Positions 1 through 11,728 of a stretch of 64,000 bases of DNA are shown here, piece after piece. The DNA is from Octopus sinensis (lineage: Eukaryota). The number at the start of each line of letters is the position of its first letter. Within the stretch, counting starts at the first letter, position 1. A program made the position numbers and the translations under genes. The stretch spans positions 75,330,001-75,394,000 of the forward strand of contig NC_043000.1 of the NCBI RefSeq assembly GCF_006345805.1. Reading direction: 5' to 3'. The notes under the pieces are model-generated. The model made no database searches. It was not told the origin of the DNA and was given only the letters and a program-made list of their open reading frames with translations.

Positions 1-1
1 T

Positions 2-301
2 TCCAAATTATCACAGAGAATTTCCAATCATTATTCAACGTTCCGAGATAAGAGAAAACAACAGAGTACAGGACTAAGTAAATTAGTTTGGTGTCTTAAG
101 GATAATAATATAACTTTTAAGCTGGATTGGTCCATATTGTCTGTATCCTTTCCTTTTGATAAGGGCAGGAAATTTTGTGGAATTTGTATTTCCGAGCTCT
201 TCCATATCATTTTCGCCAAGTTCACTTTGGTTAACACATTAACAGAAAAATCCTATAAGTGTATGCACTGGTTAAAACACACTTTCCATTCATATAAATA
301 A
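2..301 (+). CDS. C-terminal half of a Penelope-like GIY-YIG endonuclease (runs off window start)
   Basis: Manual translation of frame +2: SKLSQRISNHYSTFRDKRKQQSTGLSKLVWCLK...CGICISELFHIIF...KCMHWLKHTFHSYK*. About 67/99 residues identical to ORF 1494-2084. Missed by the ORF track because it has no start codon inside the window. Confidence 0.8.
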   Translation, partial: SKLSQRISNHYSTFRDKRKQQSTGLSKLVWCLKDNNITFKLDWSILSVSFPFDKGRKFCGICISELFHIIFAKFTLVNTLTEKSYKCMHWLKHTFHSYK

Positions 302-834
302 TATTGATAGTTTCCCTGTTTTAGTATTTAATTTCACGTCCCTTATATGTCACTGGCGTATGTTTATCTCTTCCTCTCTACCTCTCCCTCTCTCTTTCTC
401 CCTATCTGTCTCTGTCATACGCTCAATCAAACACACAGACACAAATTTCTCGCTTTACTGCTATATTTTTTTTGACAACCATCCCCAACACATACATAAT
501 TACACACATATACATACATGCAATTATATACACACACTCATACACACACATAAGCAATAAAACTAATTAACCAGAGCAAACACCCCCGCATCCACATACA
601 TACAGCATGCATAATGTCCCCTTCTTATTTTCATAAATTCCTCTTCCAAACAATTTTGACGTCATTGCTTTTAACGGATTTCAACCCCAGTTGAACCATC
701 CAACCCATGCTAGCATGGAAAGCGGACGTTAAACAATGATGATGATGATGAAGATGATATATATATATATATATATATATTAAGTATATGAAAGAATGGA
801 GCTGAACGAAGATTTAACAAAATTCCTTTATTTT

Positions 835-920
835 ATTTTCGACATATGTTTCGAAGTCTGCAAAGTCCCTAATTCCGAGTGAATAAGGAGTCCATTATGC
901 AGCTTTCTCTTCAGGAAAAT
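835..920 (-). ncRNA. Type I hammerhead ribozyme, canonical core, palindromic helix III
   Basis: Minus strand reads AUUUUC-CUGAAGA-GAAAGCUGCA..UGCAGACUUC-GAA-ACAUAUGU-C-GAAAAU. Stem I is 6 bp; predicted cleavage 3' of C (plus-strand g841). Confidence 0.85.
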
Positions 921-1493
921 CCAGGAACTTAATTCTCCAACAAAATGCACAACAAGCTTTTCGACGACTGCTCACGAGGAGCCCATGAAAATAATGATAA
1001 ATAATGTCTACTTATAGGGGGTGACGCCAGATTGGATGAAAGCAGGAGAAATTGTCCGTTGGACATAGTTCAAGGGCAGAATCAAGGTAGGAGAAGGAAG
1101 GTATAGGAATACTAAAGAGAGTGAATGTATTCTGTATGACTGGTGTTTATATTTGATTTATTTTATGAATGAGTGCTCGAATGTATGAGTGTGTAAAATT
1201 GCCTTAATGTGTGTGTGTGTGTGCATCTTTGAATGCGTGAAAGTGTGTGTGGAAGGCATAGAGAGAGAGATAGCAAAAATTAACGGTCAAGAACTGAAAA
1301 GACTGTGTCTGTGTGTTTGAATGTGTCAACTTAATAGGGAGAGGGCGGCTACAATAGCAATGACAAGATACAAGGTTACTGTTGGGATTAGTAGTAGTTC
1401 TTGGCAACTATGAGAAAGTCTTTTATACTAAAAGGGATGAGGTATCAGCTTTCAAATTTTTTTAGGAAATCCAGGGGTTATCTATATTAGACT

Positions 1494-2084
1494 TCATTGG
1501 TATGAGTGGAAGGTATGCCTTTTCCAGTGTAGGCATCTGAAAGAACTCTCAACAATCGAGTTTATTAGTCGGCCTCGGGCAAACAGAATATGAAAGAGTT
1601 CGGAATTACACAGGGCACAGATTTTTTTGCCCTTATCAAACGGTAAAGACACCGATAATATTGACCATTCCAGCCTAAAAGTTGAATTTGCGTTCTTCAA
1701 ACGCCAGACTAATTTGCTTAGCCCAGTGGAGTGTTGTTTCGTTTTATCCCTAAACGTGGAAAAATGGTTTGATATTCTTGTGGCTAATTTAGATGAGGTA
1801 GCGCCGATATAGAGGTAGACATCGGAACCAGCATAAATTTTGCACTGGTAAATGGCGTTTCTAATTTTGGAGTTATTTGATAAGAACCTTAATCTATTGG
1901 GATTAGTTTCCGATACTAATACAGCGTTCATATTACTATGATGGTTGTAAAAACTACCGCTGGATTTGATACTATTCACCCTATTTTCATTACTATTTAA
2001 GGCAATATCACCTGCATATTCCCTGTTTCTGGGAATGCTGTGATTGATATTGTCCGTAAAATTACTGTTGTTAAAAAGTTGCAA
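1494..2084 (-). CDS. Penelope-type GIY-YIG endonuclease ORF (196 aa, N-rich N-terminus)
   Basis: NAIYQC..YLYIGAT..TRISNH..STGLSKLVW.LK..W.IL..CALCNSE..LINS..CLH matches PLE GIY-YIG motifs. No internal stops. Confidence 0.85.
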   Translation of the reverse strand: MQLFNNSNFTDNINHSIPRNREYAGDIALNSNENRVNSIKSSGSFYNHHSNMNAVLVSETNPNRLRFLSNNSKIRNAIYQCKIYAGSDVYLYIGATSSKLATRISNHFSTFRDKTKQHSTGLSKLVWRLKNANSTFRLEWSILSVSLPFDKGKKICALCNSELFHILFARGRLINSIVESSFRCLHWKRHTFHSYQ

Positions 2085-2663
2085 GGTCAGTCAGCGAGAA
2101 ACCGTGAGAGGGTCAGTGTGAACAGAGACCTGGACCAGGGAGTGAGTTAGAGATTGTGGAGTCGGCGAGAGGTAGCCAAGGAAGATGACAGTCAGGGTCT
2201 AGAGAGAGACAGACAGGACGAGAGGTAGTAAGGCAGATGGCAGTGAAGGGGCAGAGAGAGACACATAAAAGAAGCCGGACCACTATAGTAGGAGTTTGTG
2301 AAGTTAAAATTGTTGCGGGCGCGAATTTAAGAAACAAATGTTCTGGTAATGTTGTTTTTCTGTATGTTTTGAATTCTACTGCTTAAATGTAAATGTTGAA
2401 ATGAAAAAAAGAGAGAGGACCTGATGTAACCATTGAAAAGAAAAAAAGAGTGTGTTGTTGGCTGTTTTTAAGAGAAAAGAAAAGTAAGGAAAAAAAGAAC
2501 TTGGAAATGTTTTTAAAAGAAAAGAAGGAACTTTTTTTGAGAAATGTCATGTTAAAAAAAGAAGAGGAGATTGGAGCTCTAAGATACTGTTGATTGTGAA
2601 CTTTGTGTTAAATGTAAAATGATTTGTCTTGAAAAAGACCAAACTGTATTGAGTCAAATGTTG

Positions 2664-2769
2664 AATGATTTGTTTTTCGAACTCTGTATTATGTTTAAAT
2701 GCAAATGATTGGTTTTTTTCGAACCCTGTATTATGTTTAAATGCAAATGATTGTTTTTCGAACTCTGTA
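2664..2769. repeat. ~40-bp tandem repeat, about 2.5 copies
   Basis: aatgatt(t)gtttttcgaactctgtattatgtttaaatgca units starting at 2664, 2704 and 2746. Confidence 0.85.
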
Positions 2770-3345
2770 CATGATTTGTCAACCTTTGTTTTGGAATGCT
2801 TTGATTTTGTTTTGAAAAAAATTGCTAAATTACGCAACTTCCGCCTGTGTGTCTCTTCGTTGTTGTTGTGTTGGTTCCTGGCTGCGTTTGCTGCCTTCCC
2901 CGCTTCCCGTGGTGGATTTCCGGTTTACTGAGTGTCATCGTCGCGACTTAGGGCCCATGGTGGAATCAGAAGGTCTTGGGACCTGAGTGGCGGCGCAACA
3001 ATATATATGTTTATATGTATATGCTCTTATATATATGTGTGTGTGAGTGTTAGTTTATATGCATATGTATATATGCTTATATGTTTAAATATATATATAT
3101 ATACATATATATATGTATATATATATGTACAAAAGATTAGGATTGAAGTCAACCAAGTACTGAGATTGTAAGGCATTATGTCATCTTATGCTGAAATGCA
3201 TACATAGCAAAGATAGACGAATGCATATGCGGGTACCGAAGTACAGGCAAAAAGATATACTCAGCCTGGTTCAGTTAATCGTATGCATAAACAAAATATC
3301 AGTTTCAAGAAACACACATTGTTTTAAATATATGGTCTATAATAT

Positions 3346-3380
3346 ATGTCAGATCACATGAGGAGTAGTTCCCAAGAGAG
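3346..3380 (+). CDS. Candidate first coding exon of host coiled-coil gene (MSDHMRSSSQE+R)
   Basis: ATG after an in-frame TAA, donor AG|GTAAAT. Its phase-2 end joins exon 11237 in frame. Confidence 0.35.
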
Positions 3381-5649
3381 GTAAATTTTAAATGAATAAA
3401 TAGCAAGAGATGGATAATGTGTCAATTCACTTCTGCTGTTTTCCCTCCAAATTTTAATTGATTAATGGAGATATTTCAGCATTAGAAAAAACTGTTTTCA
3501 TCAGTTAAATACATGAATAAAACATTCAAAAACCAATGGCACATGCATCTTCATGATTCTACAAGCCTTGCTGGTTGCAGAATTAATTTGTTAGTTCCAG
3601 TTAGTAGTATTATAGCAGAAGACAACGTGATGTCATGTGTGAGTAGTAGTGTACCTAAGATTTATAGCACTGGTGGAAATTAGAGGATGGTGGGTGGGTG
3701 GGTGGGTGGGTGGGGAATCATCCCAGCAATTAAGATAGAGTTCCATTTATCTTTTAATTCAATTCAACAAGAGTTTTAGGGTTAAATGCAAAATATAAGG
3801 TCACACAGTTATTTATATGTTTACTTATTTAACAACTTTTTACTTGCCCACTTTATTGCCAGAAGGTTATGTGATAGAGACACAAAGTCTGAGATTATAC
3901 TATAATGGGGGAATAATAGTAGTCATTCTATCAATAAATAGATAAATAAAGAAGTATACAATAAATCGTGTAGAAAAAAGATATATGAAAACAAAAATAG
4001 AACAGTAAGAGAAAGATTATAATAAAAATTATAATGCAAAAAAGGGGTTATAATAAAAAAAGGGATTATAATTTAAAAAATGGGGATTTGACTTTGTAAA
4101 TAATATCATAGAAATAATTAAGATTGTTAAAAAGTAGTTAGAAATAGTATAATGGAATGAAGAAAAGTAAAATAAAATAAGGTAATAAGGATAATGTACA
4201 ATAGCAAGTATAGGGTAAATAAGAAAAATAATAACAAAATAATTGTAGAATGAAAGAATATATAATACCCAAATTATTATAATATAAAAATATAAAAAAT
4301 ATATTTAAGAATATAACTGTAAAAGCATGTGTTAATCATAGTAAGAAGTAAAATCAAAGTAGTATTAATAGTATACTACAGTAATATGGTAAAAATATAA
4401 TATTTATAAAAGGATTCATAAAATTTCAGAGCATGTAAAACAATCTTTAAGATCTATGAGAAAGGAAAACAGGTGCATATCAATCACTTATGTCTTATAT
4501 AAATTTTCATCTATTCCATGTCAGAGCATGCCTTCCCTAACAGATAGGCCTCTTAAGCAGGACAGCTTTGTGCAATTTTTCGCCAAAAATATTTCATTGA
4601 GGATTTTTTTCCTTTTTAAATTATTTACATGTCTGTTTGACCATTTCACATGGTTTTATTCATTAAAACTTCAGAAGTTCTTACAACTTTGGTCATCTTA
4701 ATGCTTTGCTTTCGTTTTAATAAAAATTCCCCCTCCTAATGATTTTGCTTTCATTTTGTGATAGACAGTTATCATGCAGAAAATGCCAGCTTCCAAACCC
4801 TGTTTTCTAATTAGGTAAAATTGATTAAACTTTAAACCTCAATAACATTTTTCTAGAACGTTTCTCAAACAAATAAATAATAAAATTGGATTTAACATGG
4901 AAAATTATTTCAATATACCAAATTTGGAAATTTTGACGTAATTTAAAAATCTCTCAATATGTGACAGCAACAGGGAAGACCCTACAAAAGTAGAGCGACA
5001 GACAGTTATAAGATGTGACACATACTCTCACACACACACAGTTACAAGTTTAAAATGGTGTTTAGTAGACATGTATGTGTATATGAGTGTTCCTTTGCAA
5101 TGGACAACAGAAAAGCCACCAACTCCCTCTTTCCTTAAAGCTATGTATTCCTCACACCCTCTTTCTGTGTGTGTGTGTGTGTTGTATCTATGTATTTACG
5201 AAAGTATGCATGCAGCGTTGTGTGTATATGACAGCTGTAGTAACATTATCATCCCATTCCAATTGCTGTTCTTGCCTTCACTGATATGTTACCCTCTCTC
5301 TATTACTATCTTTCCTTCAGACTAATACTTTTTGCAGCTTTCTTGTTTTATCATATAATTCACCTAATGTCCCTGGGTGGTCACATTATAAAGTTTTATT
5401 GAAATACAATTAACCTATTATTGAATTGGATGTTAGTGTATCATGTATGCAAAGTTTTGTGAATATTGGTTTGCTGGTTTAGGCACTAAGATGGTAACAG
5501 ACAGACAGACAGAAATTGCCATTTATATAGATTCTTTGTCTGTTCCCTATGCGTTCTCAAACAGCTCATCCAAATCAAATCAAATTTTACTAGGTAATAG
5601 TATCAGAGCCCTTGAGTGTCAACATCTAATTTTTTTTCATTTGGATTAA

Positions 5650-8222
5650 AACAATATAACTGCCAGAAGGGCAGCTAGAAGGCAGGTTTACTTAGCCAGA
5701 GGGGATGCAGATAAAAAAAAAATTTGCCAATGTTCTGCACCATGAGGACCAAAGACTTGAGGTATTTCTTGTTGCAAGACAGTGTATGAGAGGGAATCGT
5801 GATGTTGTTGTAGAGAAATGTGTTCACATGGATGATAGTTCACTTGCACTAAACAAGGCTGTAAAGAGAGGGGTGTGGAGAAGCCACTATGAAAGGTTGC
5901 TGAATAAAGAAAATGAATGGGAGAAGGAGAGTCTGCCGAATGTCGACCCAACAGAGGAACAGCTATCTGAATTGACAGTACCTTGGTAGATAAAGCAATT
6001 AAGAATATGAAAACAGGGAAAGCCTCCGGCCCATCAGGAATCACTGCAGAGATGTTCAAAATATCTGGCAGTGTTGGCTATAGCTAGTCACTCGTATAGT
6101 TAACCATGTGATACACGAAGGAGTCATACCCAATGACTGGTGTAGCGGCACCATAGTCAACTGCTACAAAGGTAAAGGTGACGCTTTAGATACAAATAAT
6201 TACAGAGGTATCAAGTTGTTCAATCAGGTAATGAAGGTCACGGAGAGGGTCATAGCCCAACTAATTAGGGAGAGAGTCAGTTTAGATGAGATGCAGTTTG
6301 GGTTCGTGCCAGGGAAAAACACCACTGATGCTATATTTGTGGTAAGACAGCTGCAGGAGAAATATCTAGCCAAAGATAAACTTCTGTACCTGACTTTTGT
6401 TGACATGGAGAAAGCTTTTGACAGGGTCCCCTGATCCCTTATCTGGTGGTCAGTGAGGAAACTAGGGATAGATGAATGGTTAGTGAGAGCTGTGCAAGCC
6501 ATGTACAGGGATGCTGTCAGTAAGGTGAGGGTTGGCAACGAATACAGTGAAGGAATTCCGAGTAGAGGTAGGGGTCCACCAAAGTTCAGTCTTCAGCCCC
6601 TTCCTATTTATCATAGTCTTTCAGACAATAACAGAGGAATTCAAGACAGGATGCCCCTGGGAGCTCCTCTATGTTGATGACCTTGCTCTAATTGCTGAGT
6701 CGCTATCAGAACTCGAGGAAAAGTTTCAGGTGTGGAAACAAGGATTAGAATCGAAGGGCCTTAGAGTCAATCTAGCTAAAACCAAAGTCCTAATAAGTAG
6801 GAAAGCAGGCAAACCACAAATCCCTTCAGGTAAATGGCCCTGCTCAATCTGTAGAAAAGGTGTTGGTAGAAACTCTATAAAATGTACCCAGTGTAAGTTA
6901 TGGACACATAAGAGGTGCAGCAATATCAAAGGAAGTCTAACTGGGAAGATAGTTTTTGTATGTGGCAGATGCTCAGGAACAATAATCACTGAAAATGTGC
7001 AGAGAACAACTTCCTCCACATTCCAGGGAGATAAACTAGAAGTAGTTGATAGCTTCCATTACTTAGGTGACCAAGTCAGTAGTGGGGGAGGGTGCGCTGA
7101 AAGTATAGCTGCTAGAATAAGAATAGCCTGGGCAAAGTTCAGAGAGCTCTTACCTCTGCTGGTGACAAAGGGCCTCTCGCTCAGAGTAAAAGGTAGACTT
7201 TTTATATGCATGTGTACGAACAGCCATGCTACATGGCAGTGAAACATGGGCCATGACTGCTGAGGACATGCGTAAGCTTGCAAGGAATAAAGCCAGTATG
7301 CTCCGATGGATGTGTAATGTCAATGTGCATAGTCAACAGAGTGTAAGTACCTTGAGAGAAAAGTTGGACCTAAGAAGCAACAGATGTTGTGTGCAAGAGA
7401 GACGACTGCGCTGGTATGGTTATGTGGTGAGAAGGATGAGGATAGCTGTGTGAAAAAGTGCCACACCCTAGCAGTTGAGGGAACCTGTGGAAGAGGTAGA
7501 CCCAGGAAGACCTGCGATGAAGTGGTGAAGCACAACCTTCAAATATTAGGCCTCACCGAGGCAATGACTAGTCACTGAGACTTTTGGAAATATGCTGTAC
7601 TTGAGAAGACCCGGCAAGCCAAGTGAGACCATAATCTCGTGGCCTATGCCAGGGGTGTAACCAGTCCACTTATGCGTACCTTTCCTTTATTGGACACTAA
7701 ACTCTGCTTGCAAAGACCTGTTGAGGCAAGTGAAATCAAAAAGAGAAATCAAATTCAATGACTGGCATCTGTGCTAGTGGAGCGCTAAGAGCACCATCCG
7801 AGCGTGATCGTTGCCAGAGCAGCTAATTGGCTTCCATGCCAGTGGCACATAAAATGTACCAGTTCAGCATGATCATTTCCAGCATCACCTTACTGGCACT
7901 TGTGCCAGTGGCACATGAAAAAACATTCGAGCGAGGTCGTTGCCAGTGCCACTGGACTGGCTCCTGTGCAGGTGGCACATAAAAACCACCATTTGAGTAT
8001 GGCTGTTGCCAGTACTGCCAAACTGGCCCTCGTGCCAGTGGCACGTTAAAACACCCACTATACTCTCAGAGTGGTTGTCGTTAGGAAGGGCATCCAGCTG
8101 TAGAAACTCTGCGAGATCAAGATTGGAGCCTGGTGGAGCCATCTGGTTCTCCAGTCCTCAATCAAATCGTCCAACCCAAGCTAGCATGGAAAGCGGACGT
8201 TAAACGATGATGAAGATGAACA
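5650..8222 (+). mobile_element. RTE LINE copy 1 (5'-truncated, frameshifted) with repeat-rich 3' UTR and (GAT)n tail
   Basis: RT motifs NYRGIKL, QFGFVPG, FVDMEKAFD, LLYVDDL, FHYLG; tail catgctagcatggaaagcggacgttaaacgatgatga. Confidence 0.95.
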
Positions 8223-8385
8223 TTAGCACTGGTTCAGTATTATGTGTCAAAAGTGAAAGAATATGATCTATATTGTAATGTGATATAATATTCTGTTGTG
8301 TCTGGGGAGACTCATTTTCTTTTTGTGTCTTATAATTTAACACACTCACTGGTAAAATTTCCACTTATTTCTTATTTTTATTTTC

Positions 8386-8422
8386 CTAAAATTTTCATTG
8401 CATCTTGCAACCTTTTCAATAC
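8386..8422 (-). ncRNA. Candidate minimal hammerhead, U3-A8 core variant
   Basis: GUA-UUGAAAA-G-GUUGC-aagau-GCAAU-GAA-AAUU-U-UAG; stem I is weak. Confidence 0.4.
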
Positions 8423-9016
8423 TCTTGACTCTGTTTGTTATTTACACTGTGTTCCTTTTTGTTTGTGCGCATGTGTGTGCCTATGCATGCATGAATGTAT
8501 GCATGTATATATGTGTGTGCATATGCATATATGTATGTGTGTGCATCTGCATGTATGTAGTCTGCATATTCATGTACTTGCATGTCTGTTTGTATTTTTT
8601 AGTATGCATGTGTTTGTATATGTATGCACCTCTGTCTTCTTGTGTGTACATGTCTGAGTGTGTGTGTGTGTTTTTGTGACTGTACTGTGTTTGCATGTAT
8701 GGATGTGCATCTCCATATGTGTGGACACGTCTCCATATGTGTCCTTGTGTGAAGTAAAGTGTGTGTGTATATATGGTCATGTGTTTCAGTCTCCATTTGC
8801 ATATGTGTGCTTGTCTGTTCATATAACCTATGTACCTATCCGTCTGTATGTTGATCTGTTTATTTTCATATCCATATGCTTACATACATGTGCATATACA
8901 TATACATACCCCCCCCCACACACACACATCTATCTATCTACATAACAGCCCACTAACTATTCTACTCTACCTGTGTAAACTGTGGGTATTGGGGTATGAT
9001 ATCTACTATATCAAGA

Positions 9017-9055
9017 CTATTGAAAAGGTTGCAAGATGCAACAAGAAAATTTTAG
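9017..9055 (+). ncRNA. Candidate minimal hammerhead, U3-A8 core variant (partner arm)
   Basis: CUA-UUGAAAA-G-GUUGC-aagau-GCAAC-AA-GAA-AAUU-U-UAG. Confidence 0.4.
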
Positions 9056-9776
9056 GAAATTAAAAATAAGAAATAACTGGAAATTTTACCGGTAAGTGTG
9101 TTAAATTATAAGGCACAAAAAGAAAATGACTCTCCCCAGACACAACTGAATATGCTTCAACACATGAACTCACATAAAGAATCTTGCGAACCAAATCCAA
9201 AAACGAAATATGATATAATATTGTTTCACTTTTATTCTTTCACTTTTAATTCTAATGTAATAACACTAACATCGTCTTATTTCTATTATATTCGAAATAA
9301 ATGAATAATTTATATCCTAATATGAACAACATTACGCATCAGCAACTTTCCGTCTTTACGGCCACAACAGCAGAATGGTGTATCAGTGTATGTGTGTTGA
9401 TTGACCTAACGAATGGCTGGAGGTGAAACTCTTGACAAAAAAAATGAGATGGCAGGTCCAAGGTATATAAGAAAACACATTTACTGTTCAATTACCAGTT
9501 AATAATTATTGCAGCAGTAGCAAGGTATTTACAGTTACATATTTACCCTTTAATGGTAAATATATATTAAGAAATTTATCTATAATAATTATTGTGGCAT
9601 TTACGATTAAATTAGCAAGTTCATACATGTGCTTTTATTTGGTTAATTTGATGTTTGGTTAATTTACACTGCATACAAAAATAAACACATACTATATACA
9701 ACTGCATACAAAAATAGAGATTAATGTATAATTTTGTCTATGTTCATAATTGTTTTGTTCACAATATTGAAAAAAT

Positions 9777-10477
9777 ATGCCACCAAAGAAAAGATGTAAT
9801 CTCTCCAGAAACAAGTATAAAGCAAGAAGGATTGTAGAAAACCGAAGGTCGAGAGAGAAGGGAGATGAAACTTTCAAGATCAGCAAGTGCATGCTGCAGC
9901 ACATCAAATGGAGTCTCAATACAGAAGCAAGATGAGATTTTCTCAACATCAGCAAAGGCATGCTGCAACACTTATTGCTAGATCATTAAAACAACATTTT
10001 AATGATTAAACAGAGGTCCAGTAGAGTAGTTCTCAGAAACAGAACACTTACAAATTCTTTCTTCGAAACTCCTGTCGCTGCTTTCAGATATGATCCATCC
10101 CATTCTTATAAAAATGATAATTCTGTCCATATTGGTGTGCTACACTCAAATTATCATTTCTGCAAAGCTTTAAAATTTCCAAATGAAACTAATGGCATGT
10201 ACTGCTCAGACGTAAGGTAAGATTGTCAGTACTACCAGCTCCTCCTCAAGCTGTTATGGATCTTCTGGAAGGCACTTCCATCCAGTCAAAGGATTTTCTG
10301 AACAATATCAGACAATACAACTCTGCATTTCAAATGACATCGTTTGGTGCATCTAAGGAGATAGTTGAACATGGATTTATACTGATATTCAAAATTCTAG
10401 GGCAAGTCTATCACTTCATTGGTTCCCTATTACTCACAAATGAACAACCAAAGTTCCTCCAAATTTACTTTAAGTGA
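9777..10477 (+). pseudogene. Helitron Rep/helicase N-terminal fragment
   Basis: AAFRYDP, CKALKFPNE, FLNNIRQYNSAFQMTSFGA, GQVYHFIGSLL, KFLQIYF; frameshifted and truncated. Confidence 0.9.
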
Positions 10478-11236
10478 TGTAGGATAACAAACCTGAAGAA
10501 GCTGTCAAAACTTCAGACGATGGGTCATGTTAGACGCAGTGCCGACCACCGCAAAGGAGAGTATATCCTTTGACAGCTTTTTGGTGTGTTCAAAAATCAC
10601 ACACCCCTCACCCCAATTTTCCATGACAGGTTAGGGTCTGGAATCCTCCAAACAGACACATGACATGTCACTTAGTCAAATTAGCCCACCATTTTACTCC
10701 AAAAATGATTTGTCATCAATGCTGCACTTTCCTGTATCACCTGCTTCAACATAACTGTAATATATATACATGCTATACCATTTTAATCTCAAACAATGCT
10801 GGGTATCTCTGCTAGTACAGGTGTAAAATAAGAATTGATGGGTATGATAAGGCACCAAATTATAATTGAATGTAATAAAATATAATAAAGGTATGATATG
10901 ATGCCAATAGGGTCTATTATGTAATAGATTGCCTAACTTTATTGGCATCATAGCATTCACTTTGGTAGGCCCTCAGTTTCATGTGTGTCTATGCTAACAG
11001 CATTAATATAGTTGAGTGATCTTCATCTTCTGTTAGAGTGCAAGCCTCTCCATAATATAACAATTGTAATACATTGGCTACCAGAATAAACCAAATGTTA
11101 TATTGTATGAACTTGTAATTCTTCACTCATAAGTTAGTGCCATATTTTAATAACCACCATGTCTCCTTTAAAAGTTTAAAAGAAATGACCTGCTCATGCA
11201 TTTTATTTTTTTGTTCTTACTTGTATTTGCTTTTAG

Positions 11237-11323
11237 AATTTCAGAATCAAGGAAATCCCTCCAAAAGGAAATTGCTGCATTAGAAGAGAAGAATAAATCA
11301 TTAAAAGAAGCCCAGAAATCTTA
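11237..11323 (+). CDS. Host exon, coiled-coil (ISESRKSLQKEIAALEEKNKSLKEAQKS)
   Basis: Acceptor ttgtatttgcttttAG, donor GTGAGT, single open frame, heptad-like composition. Confidence 0.6.
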
Positions 11324-11728
11324 GTGAGTATACCTATGAATACTCATATATTCACATACACTTATACACACACACCATATGTTTATAAATGCATCATATC
11401 TACTTCATGCAATGGTTTTTTTTATATGTATAAGTATATATATATATATAAAAGGAATGTAATAATACATTATGAAGGATATATCATAATTAATAATTAT
11501 TTATGAATATATCAATGGCCAAACATGTAATCATAAATTACATAAAAGAAGAGTGTTTATGATTATGAATAAATCATAGCTTTATTCTGAGGAGGTATAA
11601 TATGAGTGAATATAGTGGCTTTATAATGGTTTTTGACTGCTATTTCTAAACATGTAAGGGTTTTTGCAACACACTCTGTTATAATTGTGATTTACTCATA
11701 ATTATAAACACTCTTCTTATATATATAT

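Larger units (their letters stand above)
784..3000 (-). mobile_element. RT-less Penelope-like element: CpG-rich leader, GIY-YIG ORF, CA-rich 3' UTR, hammerhead
   Basis: Bounded by (TA)n on both sides. Contains ORF 1494-2084 and HHR 835-920 on the same strand. No RT motifs seen in 2085-3000. Confidence 0.55.
8246..9250. mobile_element. Fold-back element with ~180-bp inverted arms around a CA/GT-rich core
   Basis: 8246-8428 is the near reverse complement of 9011-9250 (e.g. gtgtctggggagactcattttc / gaaaatgactctccccagacac). Confidence 0.75.

Noticed and set aside
3455-3510. CUGAUGA..GAA-AUAU-C on the minus strand
   Set aside because: Stem I and stem II do not pair convincingly.
3830-4450. Possible mitochondrial insertion (about 95-codon hydrophobic frame on the minus strand if TGA=Trp)
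   Set aside because: No recognisable mitochondrial protein motif; explained by T-rich strand skew. BLASTX would settle it.
10490-10582. CUGAAGA followed by a 10-bp stem (agctgtcaaa/tttgacagct)
   Set aside because: No GAAA or cleavage site after the stem.
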